Origin: the human T2T-CHM13v2.0 reference genome, Homo sapiens
Assembly (NCBI RefSeq): GCF_009914755.1
Contig: NC_060948.1
Strand: one strand, 5' to 3'
Length of the DNA: 64,000 nt
In this document: positions 37,668 to 57,026 of the stretch, one piece after another
How the letters are laid out: each line of letters starts with the position of its first letter
Numbering within the stretch: the first letter of the stretch is position 1
Program-made: the position numbers and the translations under genes
The notes under the pieces: model-generated
Database searches by the model: none
What the model saw: the letters and a program-made list of their open reading frames with translations, nothing else
Told to the model about the DNA's origin: nothing

Positions 37668-39772
37668 AGATCCATATTTTTTAAATGAAAAAAAATTTCA
37701 AAGGTACTCTGCTTGGTACAATAATCAAATGTATAAACTGAGGAATAAAACATAACCATGAAACCTACTTATAACTGCATATGGAAAATACAGAGGATAA
37801 TTTTTTAAATAACATATTTTGAAAGCCTTAACTAGTAATTTGAAGAGCTGGCATTTGAAAGGCCAGTATGAATATACCTTCAAAGCAGCAACACAGGTTC
37901 CCCATGAGAAAAAGCAAACACAGGGAAAATAAAAACACAAAGGTTCAATCTCTTCTGACCTTTGAAAGACACAGCACAGACAGTGGTCCTTAGGACGAAG
38001 AGCAGGAGACCCCTAATTCCGTCACCATGGCGATAGGGCATAAACATTGCTGGGTGAGGGCACAATCCACATTGTGAGGTCCAACTGCTGCCAGGAAGAC
38101 AGGAGTGCTTTTACATAGACCGAAAGGTCATTGAAGGCTCAGAGTTTTGTTTCAAGAACTGAATCCCAAGCCCACACGTTATTAGGCTGCGCTTCTTAAA
38201 ACAAGTTATGAGATGGGAAAAAGGGCACCCACAAACATACGTATACATTATGTATATAATAATATACAGTATCATATATATAATATATATAACCTATGTA
38301 TAATATTGTTTTACATCCTGCATCTTATGTTATATATATTGTATAAAATATAATAATTGATAATATATAAGTTTTATATTTATACAATATGACATATAGT
38401 ATATATTATAATTTATGACATATATAATATATGTTATATATCATATATAGAATATATTATACGGTTAATATACGTATTAAATATAAATTATACATTATAT
38501 ATATTATATATAATATATCTGTTATATATAATACCCATTATGCATAATATATATATTATGTCTATGTTATATATAGTATAAAACAACAGATAATAATATA
38601 TAATTGTATATATAAAATGCGACATATAATATATATTATATTTTATAACATATGTAATATATATTATATATTATATATAATACGTTGTATGTATAATACC
38701 TATATTAAATATATATTATATGACTATGTTATTAATTACATGTCACATGTGTTATATATTATATATTTTACATAGAATATACCGGTTACATACAATATAT
38801 ACTATGTTACCTATAATGTATAATTTATTACATGTAAAATAAAGAATGCAATATATTATGTATAATTTATAATATACAATATGTGGAATGTGATATATAT
38901 AACATATAATATATGATATATGATATACAGTATATGATATATAACATACAATATATGATTCCTAATATATATGGTATACAATATATATTTTATGACATGT
39001 ATTCTATATGTTTTATATTCTGTTATATATAACTATTTGAAATTATATATAACTGTATAATATTTTATGTAAATATGTAATATAATATATATAACTATAT
39101 AATATATTATAGATAACTATATATTATGTTATATATACTTTTATAACATAATTTACATCAAATATCATAATATAATATATATTATATTATTTCATATTAC
39201 ATAATATATATTACATATCACCCAATATAACTAACATACATAATATTATAATATAGATTATATTATGTTATATTAAATATCATATATATCATGTATCATA
39301 TATTCTATAATATATATTACACATTATATAATATGTATGTTGTCTATTATGTGATATATATAACTCTATATATAATTATATTATTATACATATAACTACA
39401 TAAACATGTAATTCTACATATTTTCATTTATAATATGTAGAATTATATAATCATATATAATTATTTATATTCTATAAAAAATTTTATCATTATATAAATT
39501 ATAATATATAAAAATTATAATATGTACTACAAATATATATATTATATATCATATATGATATAGTACCTTTGTTATATATCATAATACATATAAATGTGTA
39601 TTAAGTTATCTATAATTATATAATTTCATATATAAGATGTATAATATGTATCATATATTATATATGTTATGTAATATATATAGTATATATAAGATGACAC
39701 AGGATAAATATTATATACTATGACATATAAAATATATGAGGTTATATGTTACATATAAGGCATAGCACATAA

Positions 39773-40087
<315 letters not shown>

Positions 40088-42192
40088 AGATCCATATTTT
40101 TTAAATGAAAAAAAATTTCAAAGGTACTCTGCTTGGTACAATAATCAAATGTATAAACTGAGGAATGAAACATAACCATGAAACCTACTTATAACTGCAT
40201 ATGGAAAATACAGAGGATAATTTTTTAAATAACATATTTTGAAAGCCTTAACTAGTAATTTGAAGAGTTGGCATTTGAAAGGCCAGTATGAATATACCTT
40301 CAAAGCAGCAACACAGGTTCCCCATGAGAAAAAGCAAACACAGGGAAAATAAAAACACAAAGGTTCAATCTCTTCTGACCTTTGAAAGACACAGCACAGA
40401 CAGTGGTCCTTAGGACGAAGAGCAGGAGACCCCTAATTCCGTCACCATGGCGATAGGGCATAAACATTGCTGGGTGAGGGCACAATCCACATTGTGAGGT
40501 CCAACTGCTGCCAGGAAGACAGGAGTGCTTTTACATAGACCGAAAGGTCATTGAAGGCTCAGAGTTTTGTTTCAAGAACTGAATCCCAAGCCCACACGTT
40601 ATTAGGCTGCGCTTCTTAAAACAAGTTATGAGATGGGAAAAAGGGCACCCACAAACATACGTATACATTATGTATATAATAATATACAGTATCATATATA
40701 TAATATATATAACCTATGTATAATATTGTTTTACATCCTGCATCTTATGTTATATATATTGTATAAAATATAATAATTGATAATATATAAGTTTTATATT
40801 TATACAATATGACATATAGTATATATTATAATTTATGACATATATAATATATGTTATATGTCATATATAGAATATATTATACGGTTAATATACGTATTAA
40901 ATATAAATTATACATTATATATATTATATATAATATATCTGTTATATATAATACCCATTATGCATAATATATATATTATGTCTATATTATATATAGTATA
41001 AAACAACATATAATAATATATAATTGTATATATAAAATGCGACATATAATATATATTATATTTTATAACATATGAAATATATATTATATATTATATATAA
41101 TACGTTGTATGTATAATACCTATATTAAATATATATTATATGACTATGTTATTAATTACATGTCACATGTCTTATATATTATATATTTTACATAGAATAT
41201 ACCGGTTACATACAATAAATACTATGTTACCTATAATGTATAATTTATTACATGTAAAATAAAGAATGCAATATATTATGTATAATTTATAATATACAAT
41301 ATGTGGAATGTGATATATATAACATATAATATATGATATATGATATACAGTATATGATATATGACATACAATATATGATTCCTAATATATATGGTATACA
41401 ATATATATTTTATGACATGTATTCTATATGTTTTATATTCTGTTATATATAACTATTTGAAATTATATATAACTGTATAATATTTTATGTAAATATGTAA
41501 TATAATATATATAACTATATAATATATTATAGATAACTATATATTATGTTATATATACTTTTATAACATAATTTACATAAAATATCATAATATAATATAT
41601 ATTATATTATTTCATATTACATAATATATATTACATATCACCCAATATAACTAACATACATAATATTATAATATAGATTATATTATGTTATATTAAATAT
41701 CATATATATCATGTATCATATATTCTATAATATATATTACACATTATATAATATGTATGTTGTCTACTATGTGATATATATAACTCTATATATAATTATA
41801 TTATTATACATATAACTAGATAAACATGTAATTCTACATATTTTCATTTATAATATGTAGAATTATATAATCATATATAATTATTTATATTCTATAAAAA
41901 ATTTTATCATTCTATAAATTATAATATATAAAAATTATCATATGTACTACAAATATATATATTGTATATCATATATGATATAGTACCTTTGTTATATATC
42001 ATAATACATATAAATGTGTATTATGTTATCTATAATTATATAATTTCATATATAAGATGTATAATATGTATCATATATTATATATGTTATGTAATATATA
42101 TAGTATATATAAGATGACACAGGATAAATATTATATACTATGACATATAAAATATATGAGGTTATATGTTACATATAAGGCATAGCACATAA

Positions 42193-42507
<315 letters not shown>

Positions 42508-44612
42508 AGATCCATATTTTTTAAATGAAAAAAAATTTCAAAGGTACTCTGCTTGGTACAATAATCAAATGTATAAACTGAGGAATAAAACATAACCATG
42601 AAACCTACTTATAACTGCATATGGAAAATACAGAGGATAATTTTTTAAATAACATATTTTGAAAGCCTTAACTAGTAATTTGAAGAGCTGGCATTTGAAA
42701 GGCCAGTATGAATATACCTTCAAAGCAGCAACACAGGTTCCCCATGAGAAAAAGCAAACACAGGGAAAATAAAAACACAAAGGTTCAATCTCTTCTGACC
42801 TTTGAAAGACACAGCACAGACAGTGGTCCTTAGGACGAAGAGCAGGAGACCCCTAATTCCGTCACCATGGCGATAGGGCATAAACATTGCTGGGTGAGGG
42901 CACAATCCACATTGTGAGGTCCAACTGCTGCCAGGAAGACAGGAGTGCTTTTACATAGACCGAAAGGTCATTGAAGGCTCAGAGTTTTGTTTCAAGAACT
43001 GAATCCCAAGCCCACACGTTATTAGGCTGCGCTTCTTAAAACAAGTTATGAGATGGGAAAAAGGGCACCCACAAACATACGTATACATTATGTATATAAT
43101 AATATACAGTATCATATATATAATATATATAACCTATGTATAATATTGTTTTACATCCTGCATCTTATGTTATATATATTGTATAAAATATAATAATTGA
43201 TAATATATAAGTTTTATATTTATACAATACGACATATAGTATATATTATAATTTATGACATGTATAATATATGTTATATATCATATATAGAATATATTAT
43301 ACGGTTAATATACGTATTAAATATAAATTATACATTATATATATTATATATAATATATCTGTTATATATAATACCCATTATGCATAATATATATATTATG
43401 TCTATGTTATATATTGTATAAAACAACAGATAATAATATATAATTGTATATATAAAATGCGACATATAATATATATTATATTTTATAACAAATGTAATAT
43501 ATATTATATATTATATATAATACTTTGTATGTATAATACCTATATTAAATATATATTATATGACTATGTTATTAATTACATGTCACATGTGTTATATATT
43601 ATATATTTTACATAGAATATACCGGTTACATACAATATATACTATGTTACCTATAATGTATAATTTATTACATGTAAAATAAAGAATGCAATATATTATG
43701 TATAATTTATAATATACAATATGTGGAATGTGATATATATAACATATAATATATGATATATGATATACAGTATATGATATATAACATACAATATATGATT
43801 CCTAATATATATGGTATACAATATATATTTTATGACATGTATTCTATATGTTTTATATTCTGTTATATATAACTATTTGAAATTATATATAACTGTATAA
43901 TATTTTATGTAAATATGTAATATAATATATATAACTATATAATATATTATAGATAACTATATATTATGTTATATATACTTTTATAACATAATTTACATAA
44001 AATATCATAATATAATATATATTATATTATTTCATATTACATAATATATATTACATATCACCCAATATAACTAACATACATAATATTATAATATAGATTA
44101 TATTATGTTATATTAAATATCATATATATCATGTATCATATATTCTATAATATATATTACACATTATATAATATGTATGTTGTCTACTAAGTGATATATA
44201 TAACTCTATATATAATTATATTATTATACATATAACTAGATAAACATGTAATTCTACATATTTTCATTTATAATATGTAGAATTATATAATGATATATAA
44301 TTATTTATATTCTATAAAAAATTTTATCATTCTATAAATTATAATATATAAAAATTATCATATGTACTACAAATATATATATTGTATATCATATATGATA
44401 TAGTATCTTTGTTATATATCATAATACATATAAATGTGTATTATGTTATCTATAATTATATAATTTCATATATAAGATGTATAATATGTATCATATATTA
44501 TATATGTTATGTAATATATATAGTATATATAAGATGACACAGGATAAATATTATATACTATGACATATAAAATATATGAGGTTATATGTTACATATAAGG
44601 CATAGCACATAA

Positions 44613-44927
<315 letters not shown>

Positions 44928-47032
44928 AGATCCATATTTTTTAAATGAAAAAAAATTTCAAAGGTACTCTGCTTGGTACAATAATCAAATGTATAAACTG
45001 AGGAATAAAACATAACCATGAAACCTACTTATAACTGCATATGGAAAATACAGAGGATAATTTTTTAAATAACATATTTTGAAAGCCTTAACTAGTAATT
45101 TGAAGAGTTGGCATTTGAAAGGCCAGTATGAATATACCTTCAAAGCAGCAACACAGGTTCCCCATGAGAAAAAGCAAACACAGGGAAAATAAAAACACAA
45201 AGGTTCAATCTCTTCTGACCTTTGAAAGACACAGCACAGACAGTGGTCCTTAGGACGAAGAGCAGGAGACCCCTAATTCCGTCACCATGGCGATAGGGCA
45301 TAAACATTGCTGGGTGAGGGCACAATCCACATTGTGAGGTCCAACTGCTGCCAGGAAGACAGGAGTGCTTTTACATAGACCGAAAGGTCATTGAAGGCTC
45401 AGAGTTTTGTTTCAAGAACTGAATCCCAAGCCCACACGTTATTAGGCTGCGCTTCTTAAAACAAGTTATGAGATGGGAAAAAGGGCACCCACAAACATAC
45501 GTATACATTATGTATATAATAATATACAGTATCATATATATAATATATATAACCTATGTATAATATTGTTTTACATCCTGCATCTAATGTTATATATATT
45601 GTATAAAATATAATAATTGATAATATATAAGTTTTATAATTATACAATATGACATATAGTATATATTATAATTTATGACATATATAATATATGTTATATG
45701 TCATATATAGAATATATTATACGGTTAATATACGTATTAAATATAAATTATACATTATATATATTATATATAATATATCTGTTATATATAATACCCATTA
45801 TGCATAATATATATATTATGTCTATGTTATATATAGCATAAAACAACATATAATAATATATAATTGTATATATAAAATGCGACATATAATATATATTATA
45901 TTTTATAACATATGTAATATATATTATATATTATATATAATACGTTGTATGTATAATACCTATATTAAATATATATTATATGACTATGTTATTAATTACA
46001 TGTCACATGTGTTATATATTATATATTTTACATAGAATATACCGGTTACATACAATATATACTATGTTACCTATAATGTATAATTTATTACATGTAAAAT
46101 AAAGAATGCAATATATTATGTATAATTTATAATATACAATATGTGGAATGTGATATATATAACATATAATATATGATATATGATATACAGTATATGATAT
46201 ATAACATACAATATATGATTCCTAATATATAAGGTATACAATATATATTTTATGATATGTATTCTATATGTTTTATATTCTGTTATATATAACTATTTGA
46301 AATTATATATAACTGTATAATATTTTATGTAAATATGTAATATAATATATATAACTATATAATATATTATAGATAACTATATATTATGTTATATATACTT
46401 TTATAACATAATTTACATAAAATATCATAATATAATATATATTATATTATTTCATATTACATAATATATATTAGATATCACCCAATATAACTAACATACA
46501 TAATATTATAATATAGATTATATTATGTTATATTAAATATCATATATATCATGTATCATATATTCTATAATATATATTACACATTATATAATATGTATGT
46601 TGTCTATTATGTGATATATATAACTATATATATAATTATATTTTTATACATATAACTAGATAAACATGTAATTCTACATATTTTCATTTATAATATGTAG
46701 AATTATATAATCATATATAATTATTTATATTCTATAAAAAATTTTATCATTCTATAAATTATAATATATAAAAATTATCATATGTACTACAAATATATAT
46801 ATTGTATATCATATATGATATAGTATCTTTGTTATATATCATAATACATATAAATGTGTATTATGTTATCTATAATTATATAATTTCATATATAAGATGT
46901 ATAATATGTATCATATATTATATATGTTATGTAATATATATAGTATATATAAGATGACACAGGATAAATATTATATACTATGACATATAAAATATATGAG
47001 GTTATATGTTACATATAAGGCATAGCACATAA

Positions 47033-47347
<315 letters not shown>

Positions 47348-49474
47348 AGATCCATATTTTTTAAATGAAAAAAAATTTCAAAGGTACTCTGCTTGGTACA
47401 ATAATCAAATGTATAAACTGAGGAATAAAACATAACCATGAAACCTACTTATAACTGCATATGGAAAATACAGAGGATAATTTTTTAAATAACATATTTT
47501 GAAAGCCTTAACTAGTAATTTGAAGAGTTGGCATTTGAAAGGCCAGTATGAATATACCTTCAAAGCAGCAACACAGGTTCCCCATGAGAAAAAGCAAACA
47601 CAGGGAAAATAAAAACACAAAGGTTCAATCTCTTCTGACCTTTGAAAGACACAGCACAGACAGTGGTCCTTAGGACGAAGAGCAGGAGACCCCTAATTCC
47701 GTCACCATGGCGATAGGGCATAAACATTGCTGGGTGAGGGCACAATCCACATTGTGAGGTCCAACTGCTGCCAGGAAGACAGGAGTGCTTTTACATAGAC
47801 CGAAAGGTCATTGAAGGCTCAGAGTTTTGTTTCAAGAACTGAATCCCAAGCCCACACGTTATTAGGCTGCGCTTCTTAAAACAAGTTATGAGATGGGAAA
47901 AAGGGCACCCACAAACATACGTATACATTATGTATATAATAATATACAGTGTCATATATATAATATATATAACCTATGTATAATATTGTTTTACATCCTG
48001 CATCTTATGTTATATATATTGTATAAAATATAATAATTGATAATATATAAGTTTTATATTTATACAATATGACATATAGTATATATTATAATTTATGACA
48101 TATATAATATATGTTATATATCATATATAGAATATATTATACGGTTAATATACGTATTAAATATAAATTATACATTATATATATTATATATAATATATCT
48201 GTTATATATAATACACATTATGCATGATATATATATTATGTCTATGATATATATAGTATAAAACAACATATAATAATATATAATTGTATATATAAAATGC
48301 GACATATAATATATATTATATTTTATAACATATGTAATATATATTATATATTATATATAATACGTTGTATGTATAATACCTATATTAAATATATATTATA
48401 TGACTATGTTATTAATTACATGTCACATGTGTTATATATTATATATTTTACATAGAATATACCGGTTACATACAATATATACTATGTTACCTATAATGTA
48501 TAATTTATTACATGTAAAATAAAGAATGCAATATATTATTTATAATTTATAATATACCATATGTGGAATGTGATATATATAACATATAATATATGATATA
48601 TGATATACAGTATATGATATATAACATACAATATATGATTCCTAATATATATGGTATACAATATATATTTTATGATATGTATTCTATATGTTTTATATTC
48701 TGTTATATATAACTATTTGAAATTATATATAACTGTATAATATTTTATGTAAATATGTAATATAATATATACAACTATATAATATATTATATATAACTAT
48801 ATATTATGTTATATATACTTTTATAACATAATTTACATAAAATATCATAATATAATATATATTATATTATTTCATATTACATAATATATATTACATATCA
48901 CCCAATATAAGTAACATACATAATATTATAAAGAGATTATATTATGTTATATTAAATATCATATATGTCATGTATCATATATTCTATAATATATATTACA
49001 CATTATATAATATGTATGTTGTCTATTATGTGATATATATAACTCTATATATAATTATATTATTATACATATAACTAGATAAACATGTAATTCTACATAT
49101 TTTCATTTATAATATGTAGAATTATATAATCATATATAATTATTTATATTCTATAAAAAATTTTATCATTATATAAATTATAATATATAAAAATTATAAT
49201 ATGTACTACAAATATATATATTATATATCATATCTGATATAGTACCTTTGTTATATATCATAATACATATAAATGTGTATTATGTTATCTATAATTATAT
49301 AATTTCATATATAAGATGTATAATATGTATCATATATTATATATGTTATGTAATATATATAGTATATATAAGATGACACAGGATAAATATTATATACTAT
49401 GACATATAAAATATATGAGGTTATATGTTACATATAAGGCATAGCACATAACATGTAATATATATCATATATAA

Positions 49475-49766
49475 TTTTTTTTTAGACAGAATCTTGTCCT
49501 GTTGCACAGGGTGGGGTACAATGGCGCCATCTTTGCTCACTGCAACTTCTGACTCACGGGTCCAAGCGATTGTCCTCCCTCAGCCTCCCAGGTAGCTGGG
49601 ACTACACCACACTGGGACTACACCAGCTGCCACCATGCCTAGCTAATTTTTTGGATTTTTAGTAGTGACAGCGTTTCACTGTATTGGCCAGGATGGTCTT
49701 GATCTCTTCACCTTGTGATCCCCTTGCCTTGGCCTCCAAATTTGCTGGGATTACAGGCCTGAGCCA
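49475..49766 (-). mobile_element. Alu copy 21
   Basis: Near-identical to copy 1. Confidence 0.95.
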
Positions 49767-51871
49767 AGATCCATATTTTTTAAATGAAAAAAAATTTCAA
49801 AGGTACTCTGCTTGGTACAATAATCAAATGTATAAACTGAGGAATAAAACATAACCATGAAACCTACTTATAACTGCATATGGAAAATACAGAGGATAAT
49901 TTTTTAAATAACATATTTTGAAAGCCTTAACTAGTAATTTGAAGAGTTGGCATTTGAAAGGCCAGTATGAATATACCTTCAAAGCAGCAACACAGGTTCC
50001 CCATGAGAAAAAGCAAACACAGGGAAAATAAAAACACAAAGGTTCAATCTCTTCTGACCTTTGAAAGACACAGCACAGACAGTGGTCCTTAGGACGAAGA
50101 GCAGGAGACCCCTAATTCCGTCACCATGGCGATAGGGCATAAACATTGCTGGGTGAGGGCACAATCCACATTGTGAGGTCCAACTGCTGCCAGGAAGACA
50201 GGAGTGCTTTTACATAGACCGAAAGGTCATTGAAGGCTCAGAGTTTTGTTTCAAGAACTGAATCCCAAGCCCACACGTTATTAGGCTGCGCTTCTTAAAA
50301 CAAGTTATGAGATGGGAAAAAGGGCACCCACAAACATACGTATACATTATGTATATAATAATATACAGTATCATCTATATAATATATATAACCTATGTAT
50401 AATATTGTTTTACATCCTGCATCTTATGTTATATATATTGTATAAAATATAATAATTGATAATATATAAGTTTTATAATTATACAATATGACATATAGTA
50501 TATATTATAATTTATGACATATATAATATATGTTATATATCATATATAGAATATATTATACGGTTAATATACGTATTAAATATAAATTATACATTATATA
50601 TATTATATATAATATATCTGTTATATATAATACCCATTATGCATAATATATATATTATGTCTATGTTATATATAGTATGAAACAATATATAATAATATAT
50701 AATTGTATATATAAAATGCGACATATAATATATATTATATTTTATAACATATGTAATATACATTATATATTATATATAATACGTTGTATGTATAATACCT
50801 ATATTAAATATATATTATATGACTATGTTATTAATTACATGTCACATGTGTTATATATTATATATTTTACATAGAATATACCGGTTACATACAATATATA
50901 CTATGTTACCTATAATGTATAATTTATTACATGTAAAATAAAGAATGCAATATATTATGTATAATTTATAATATACAATATGTGGAATGTGATATATGTA
51001 ACATATAATATATGATATATGATATACAGTATATGATATATAACATACAATATATGATTCCTAATATATATGGTATACAATATATATTTTATGATATGTA
51101 TTCTATATGTTTTATATTCTGTTATATATAACTATTTGAAATTATATATAACTGTATAATATTTTATGTAAATATGTAATATAATATATATAACTATATA
51201 ATATATTATATATAACTATATATTATGTTATATATACTTTTATAACATAATTTACATAAAATAGCATAATATAATATATATTATATTATTTCATATTACA
51301 TAATATATATTACATATCAACCAATATAACTAACATACATAATATTATAATATAGATTATATTATGTTATATTAAATATCATATATATCATGTATCATAT
51401 ATTCTATAATATATATTACACATTATATAATATGTATGTTGTCTATTATGTGATATATATAACTATATATATAATTATATTTTTATACATATAACTAGAT
51501 AAACATGTAATTCTACATATTTTCATTTATAATATGTAGAATTATATAATCATATATAATTATTTATATTCTATAAATAATTTTATCATTATATAAATTA
51601 TAATATATAAAAATTATAATATGTACTACAAATATATATATTATATATCATATATGATATAGTACCTTTGTTATATTTCATAATACATATAAATGTGTAT
51701 TATGTTATCTATAATTATATAATTTCATTTATAAGATGTATAATATGTATCATATATTATATATGTTATGTAATATATATAGTATATATAAGATGACACA
51801 GGATAAATATTATATACTATGACATATAAAATATATGAGGTTATATGTTACATATAAGGCATAGCACATAA

Positions 51872-52186
<315 letters not shown>

Positions 52187-54291
52187 AGATCCATATTTTT
52201 TAAATGAAAAAAAATTTCAAAGGTACTCTGCTTGGTACAATAATCAAATGTATAAACTGAGGAATAAAACATAACCATGAAACCTACTTATAACTGCATA
52301 TGGAAAATACAGAGGATAATTTTTTAAATAACATATTTTGAAAGCCTTAACTAGTAATTTGAAGAGTTGGCATTTGAAAGGCCAGTATGAATATACCTTC
52401 AAAGCAGCAACACAGGTTCCCCATGAGAAAAAGCAAACACAGGGAAAATAAAAACACAAAGGTTCAATCTCTTCTGACCTTTGAAAGACACAGCACAGAC
52501 AGTGGTCCTTAGGACGAAGAGCAGGAGACCCCTAATTCCGTCACCATGGCGATAGGGCATAAACATTGCTGGGTGAGGGCACAATCCACATTGTGAGGTC
52601 CAACTGCTGCCAGGAAGACAGGAGTGCTTTTACATAGACCGAAAGGTCATTGAAGGCTCAGAGTTTTGTTTCAAGAACTGAATCCCAAGCCCACACGTTA
52701 TTAGGCTGCGCTTCTTAAAACAAGTTATGAGATGGGAAAAAGGGCACCCACAAACATACGTATACATTATGTATATAATAATATACAGTATCATATATAT
52801 AATATATATAACCTATGTATAATATTGTTTTACATCCTGCATCTTATGTTATATATATTGTATAAAATATAATAATTGATAATATATAAGTTTTATAATT
52901 ATACAATATGACATATAGTATATATTATAATTTATGACATATATAATATATGTTATATATCATATATAGAATATATTATACGGTTAATATACGTATTAAA
53001 TATAAATTATACATTATATATATTATATATAATATATCTGTTATATATAATACCCATTATGCATAATATATATATTATGTCTATGTTATATATAGTATGA
53101 AACAATATATAATAATATATAATTGTATATATAAAATGCGACATATAATATATATTATATTTTATAACATATGTAATATACATTATATATTATATATAAT
53201 ACGTTGTATGTATAATACCTATATTAAATATATATTATATGACTATGTTATTAATTACATGTCACATGTGTTATATATTATATATTTTACATAGAATATA
53301 CCGGTTACATACAATATATACTATGTTACCTATAATGTATAATTTATTACATGTAAAATAAAGAATGCAATATATTATGTATAATTTATAATATACAATA
53401 TGTGGAATGTGATATATGTAACATATAATATATGATATATGATATACAGTATATGATATATAACATACAATATATGATTCCTAATATATATGGTATACAA
53501 TATATATTTTATGATATGTATTCTATATGTTTTATATTCTGTTATATATAACTATTTGAAATTATATATAACTGTATAATATTTTATGTAAATATGTAAT
53601 ATAATATATATAACTATATAATATATTATATATAACTATATATTATGTTATATATACTTTTATAACATAATTTACATAAAATAGCATAATATAATATATA
53701 TTATATTATTTCATATTACATAATATATATTACATATCAACCAATATAACTAACATACATAATATTATAATATAGATTATATTATGTTATATTAAATATC
53801 ATATATATCATGTATCATATATTCTATAATATATATTACACATTATATAATATGTATGTTGTCTATTATGTGATATATATAACTATATATATAATTATAT
53901 TTTTATACATATAACTAGATAAACATGTAATTCTACATATTTTCATTTATAATATGTAGAATTATATAATCATATATAATTATTTATATTCTATAAATAA
54001 TTTTATCATTATATAAATTATAATATATAAAAATTATAATATGTACTACAAATATATATATTATATATCATATATGATATAGTACCTTTGTTATATTTCA
54101 TAATACATATAAATGTGTATTATGTTATCTATAATTATATAATTTCATTTATAAGATGTATAATATGTATCATATATTATATATGTTATGTAATATATAT
54201 AGTATATATAAGATGACACAGGATAAATATTATATACTATGACATATAAAATATATGAGGTTATATGTTACATATAAGGCATAGCACATAA

Positions 54292-54606
<315 letters not shown>

Positions 54607-56711
54607 AGATCCATATTTTTTAAATGAAAAAAAATTTCAAAGGTACTCTGCTTGGTACAATAATCAAATGTATAAACTGAGGAATGAAACATAACCATGA
54701 AACCTACTTATAACTGCATATGGAAAATACAGAGGATAATTTTTTAAATAACATATTTTGAAAGCCTTAACTAGTAATTTGAAGAGTTGGCATTTGAAAG
54801 GCCAGTATGAATATACCTTCAAAGCAGCAACACAGGTTCCCCATGAGAAAAAGCAAACACAGGGAAAATAAAAACACAAAGGTTCAATCTCTTCTGACCT
54901 TTGAAAGACACAGCACAGACAGTGGTCCTTAGGACGAAGAGCAGGAGACCCCTAATTCCGTCACCATGGCGATAGGGCATAAACATTGCTGGGTGAGGGC
55001 ACAATCCACATTGTGAGGTCCAACTGCTGCCAGGAAGACAGGAGTGCTTTTACATAGACCGAAAGGTCATTGAAGGCTCAGAGTTTTGTTTCAAGAACTG
55101 AATCCCAAGCCCACACGTTATTAGGCTGCGCTTCTTAAAACAAGTTATGAGATGGGAAAAAGGGCACCCACAAACATACGTATACATTATGTATATAATA
55201 ATATACAGTATCATCTATATAATATATATAACCTATGTATAATATTGTTTTACATCCTGCATCTTATGTTATATATATTGTATAAAATATAATAATTGAT
55301 AATATATAAGTTTTATAATTATACAATATGACATATAGTATATATTATAATTTATGACATATATAATATATGTTATATATCATATATAGAATATATTATA
55401 CGGTTAATATACGTATTAAATATAAATTATACATTATATATATTATATATAATATATCTGTTATATATAATACCCATTATGCATAATATATATAATATGT
55501 CTATGTTATATATAGTATAAAACAACATATAATAATATATAATTGTATATATAAAATGCGACATAGAATATATATTATATTTTATAACATATGTAATATA
55601 TATTATATATTATATATAATACGTTGTATGTATAATACCTATATTAAATATATATTATATGACTATGTTATTAATTACATGTCACATGTGTTATATATTA
55701 TATATTTTACATAGAATATACCGGTTACATACAATATATTCTATGTTACTTATAATGTATAATTTATTACATGTAAAATAAAGAATGCAATATATTATGT
55801 ATAATTTATAATATACAATATGTGGAATGTGATATATGTAACATATAATATATGATATATGATATACAGTATATGATATATAACATACAATATATGATTC
55901 CTAATATATATGGTATACAATATATATTTTATGATATGTATTCTATATGTTTTATATTCTGTTATATATAACTATTTGAAATTATATATAACTGTATAAT
56001 ATTTTATGTAAATATGTAATATAATATATATAACTATATAATATATTATATATAACTATATATTATGTTATATATACTTTTATAACATAATTTACATAAA
56101 ATATCATAATATAATATATATTATATTACTTCATATTACATAATATATATTACATATCAACCAATATAACTAACATACATAATATTATAATATAGATTAT
56201 ATTATGTTATATTAAATATCATATATATCATGTATCATATATTCTATAATATATATTACACATTATATAATATGTATGTTGTCTATTATGTGATATATAT
56301 AACTATATATATAATTATATTTTTATACATATAACTAGATAAACATGTAATTCTACATATTTTCATTTATAATATGTAGAATTATATAATCATATATAAC
56401 TATTTATATTCTATAAAAAATTTTATCATTATATAAATTATAATATATAAAAATTATAATATGTACTACAAATATATATATTATATATCATATATGATAT
56501 AGTACCTTTGTTATATATCATAATACATATAAATGTGTATTATGTTATCTATAATTATATAATTTCATATATAAGATGTATAATATGTATCATATACTAT
56601 ATAAGTTATGTAATATATATAGTATATATAAGATGACACAGGATAAATATTATATACTATGACATATAAAATATATGAGGTTATATGTTACATATAAGGC
56701 ATAGCACATAA

Positions 56712-57026
<315 letters not shown>
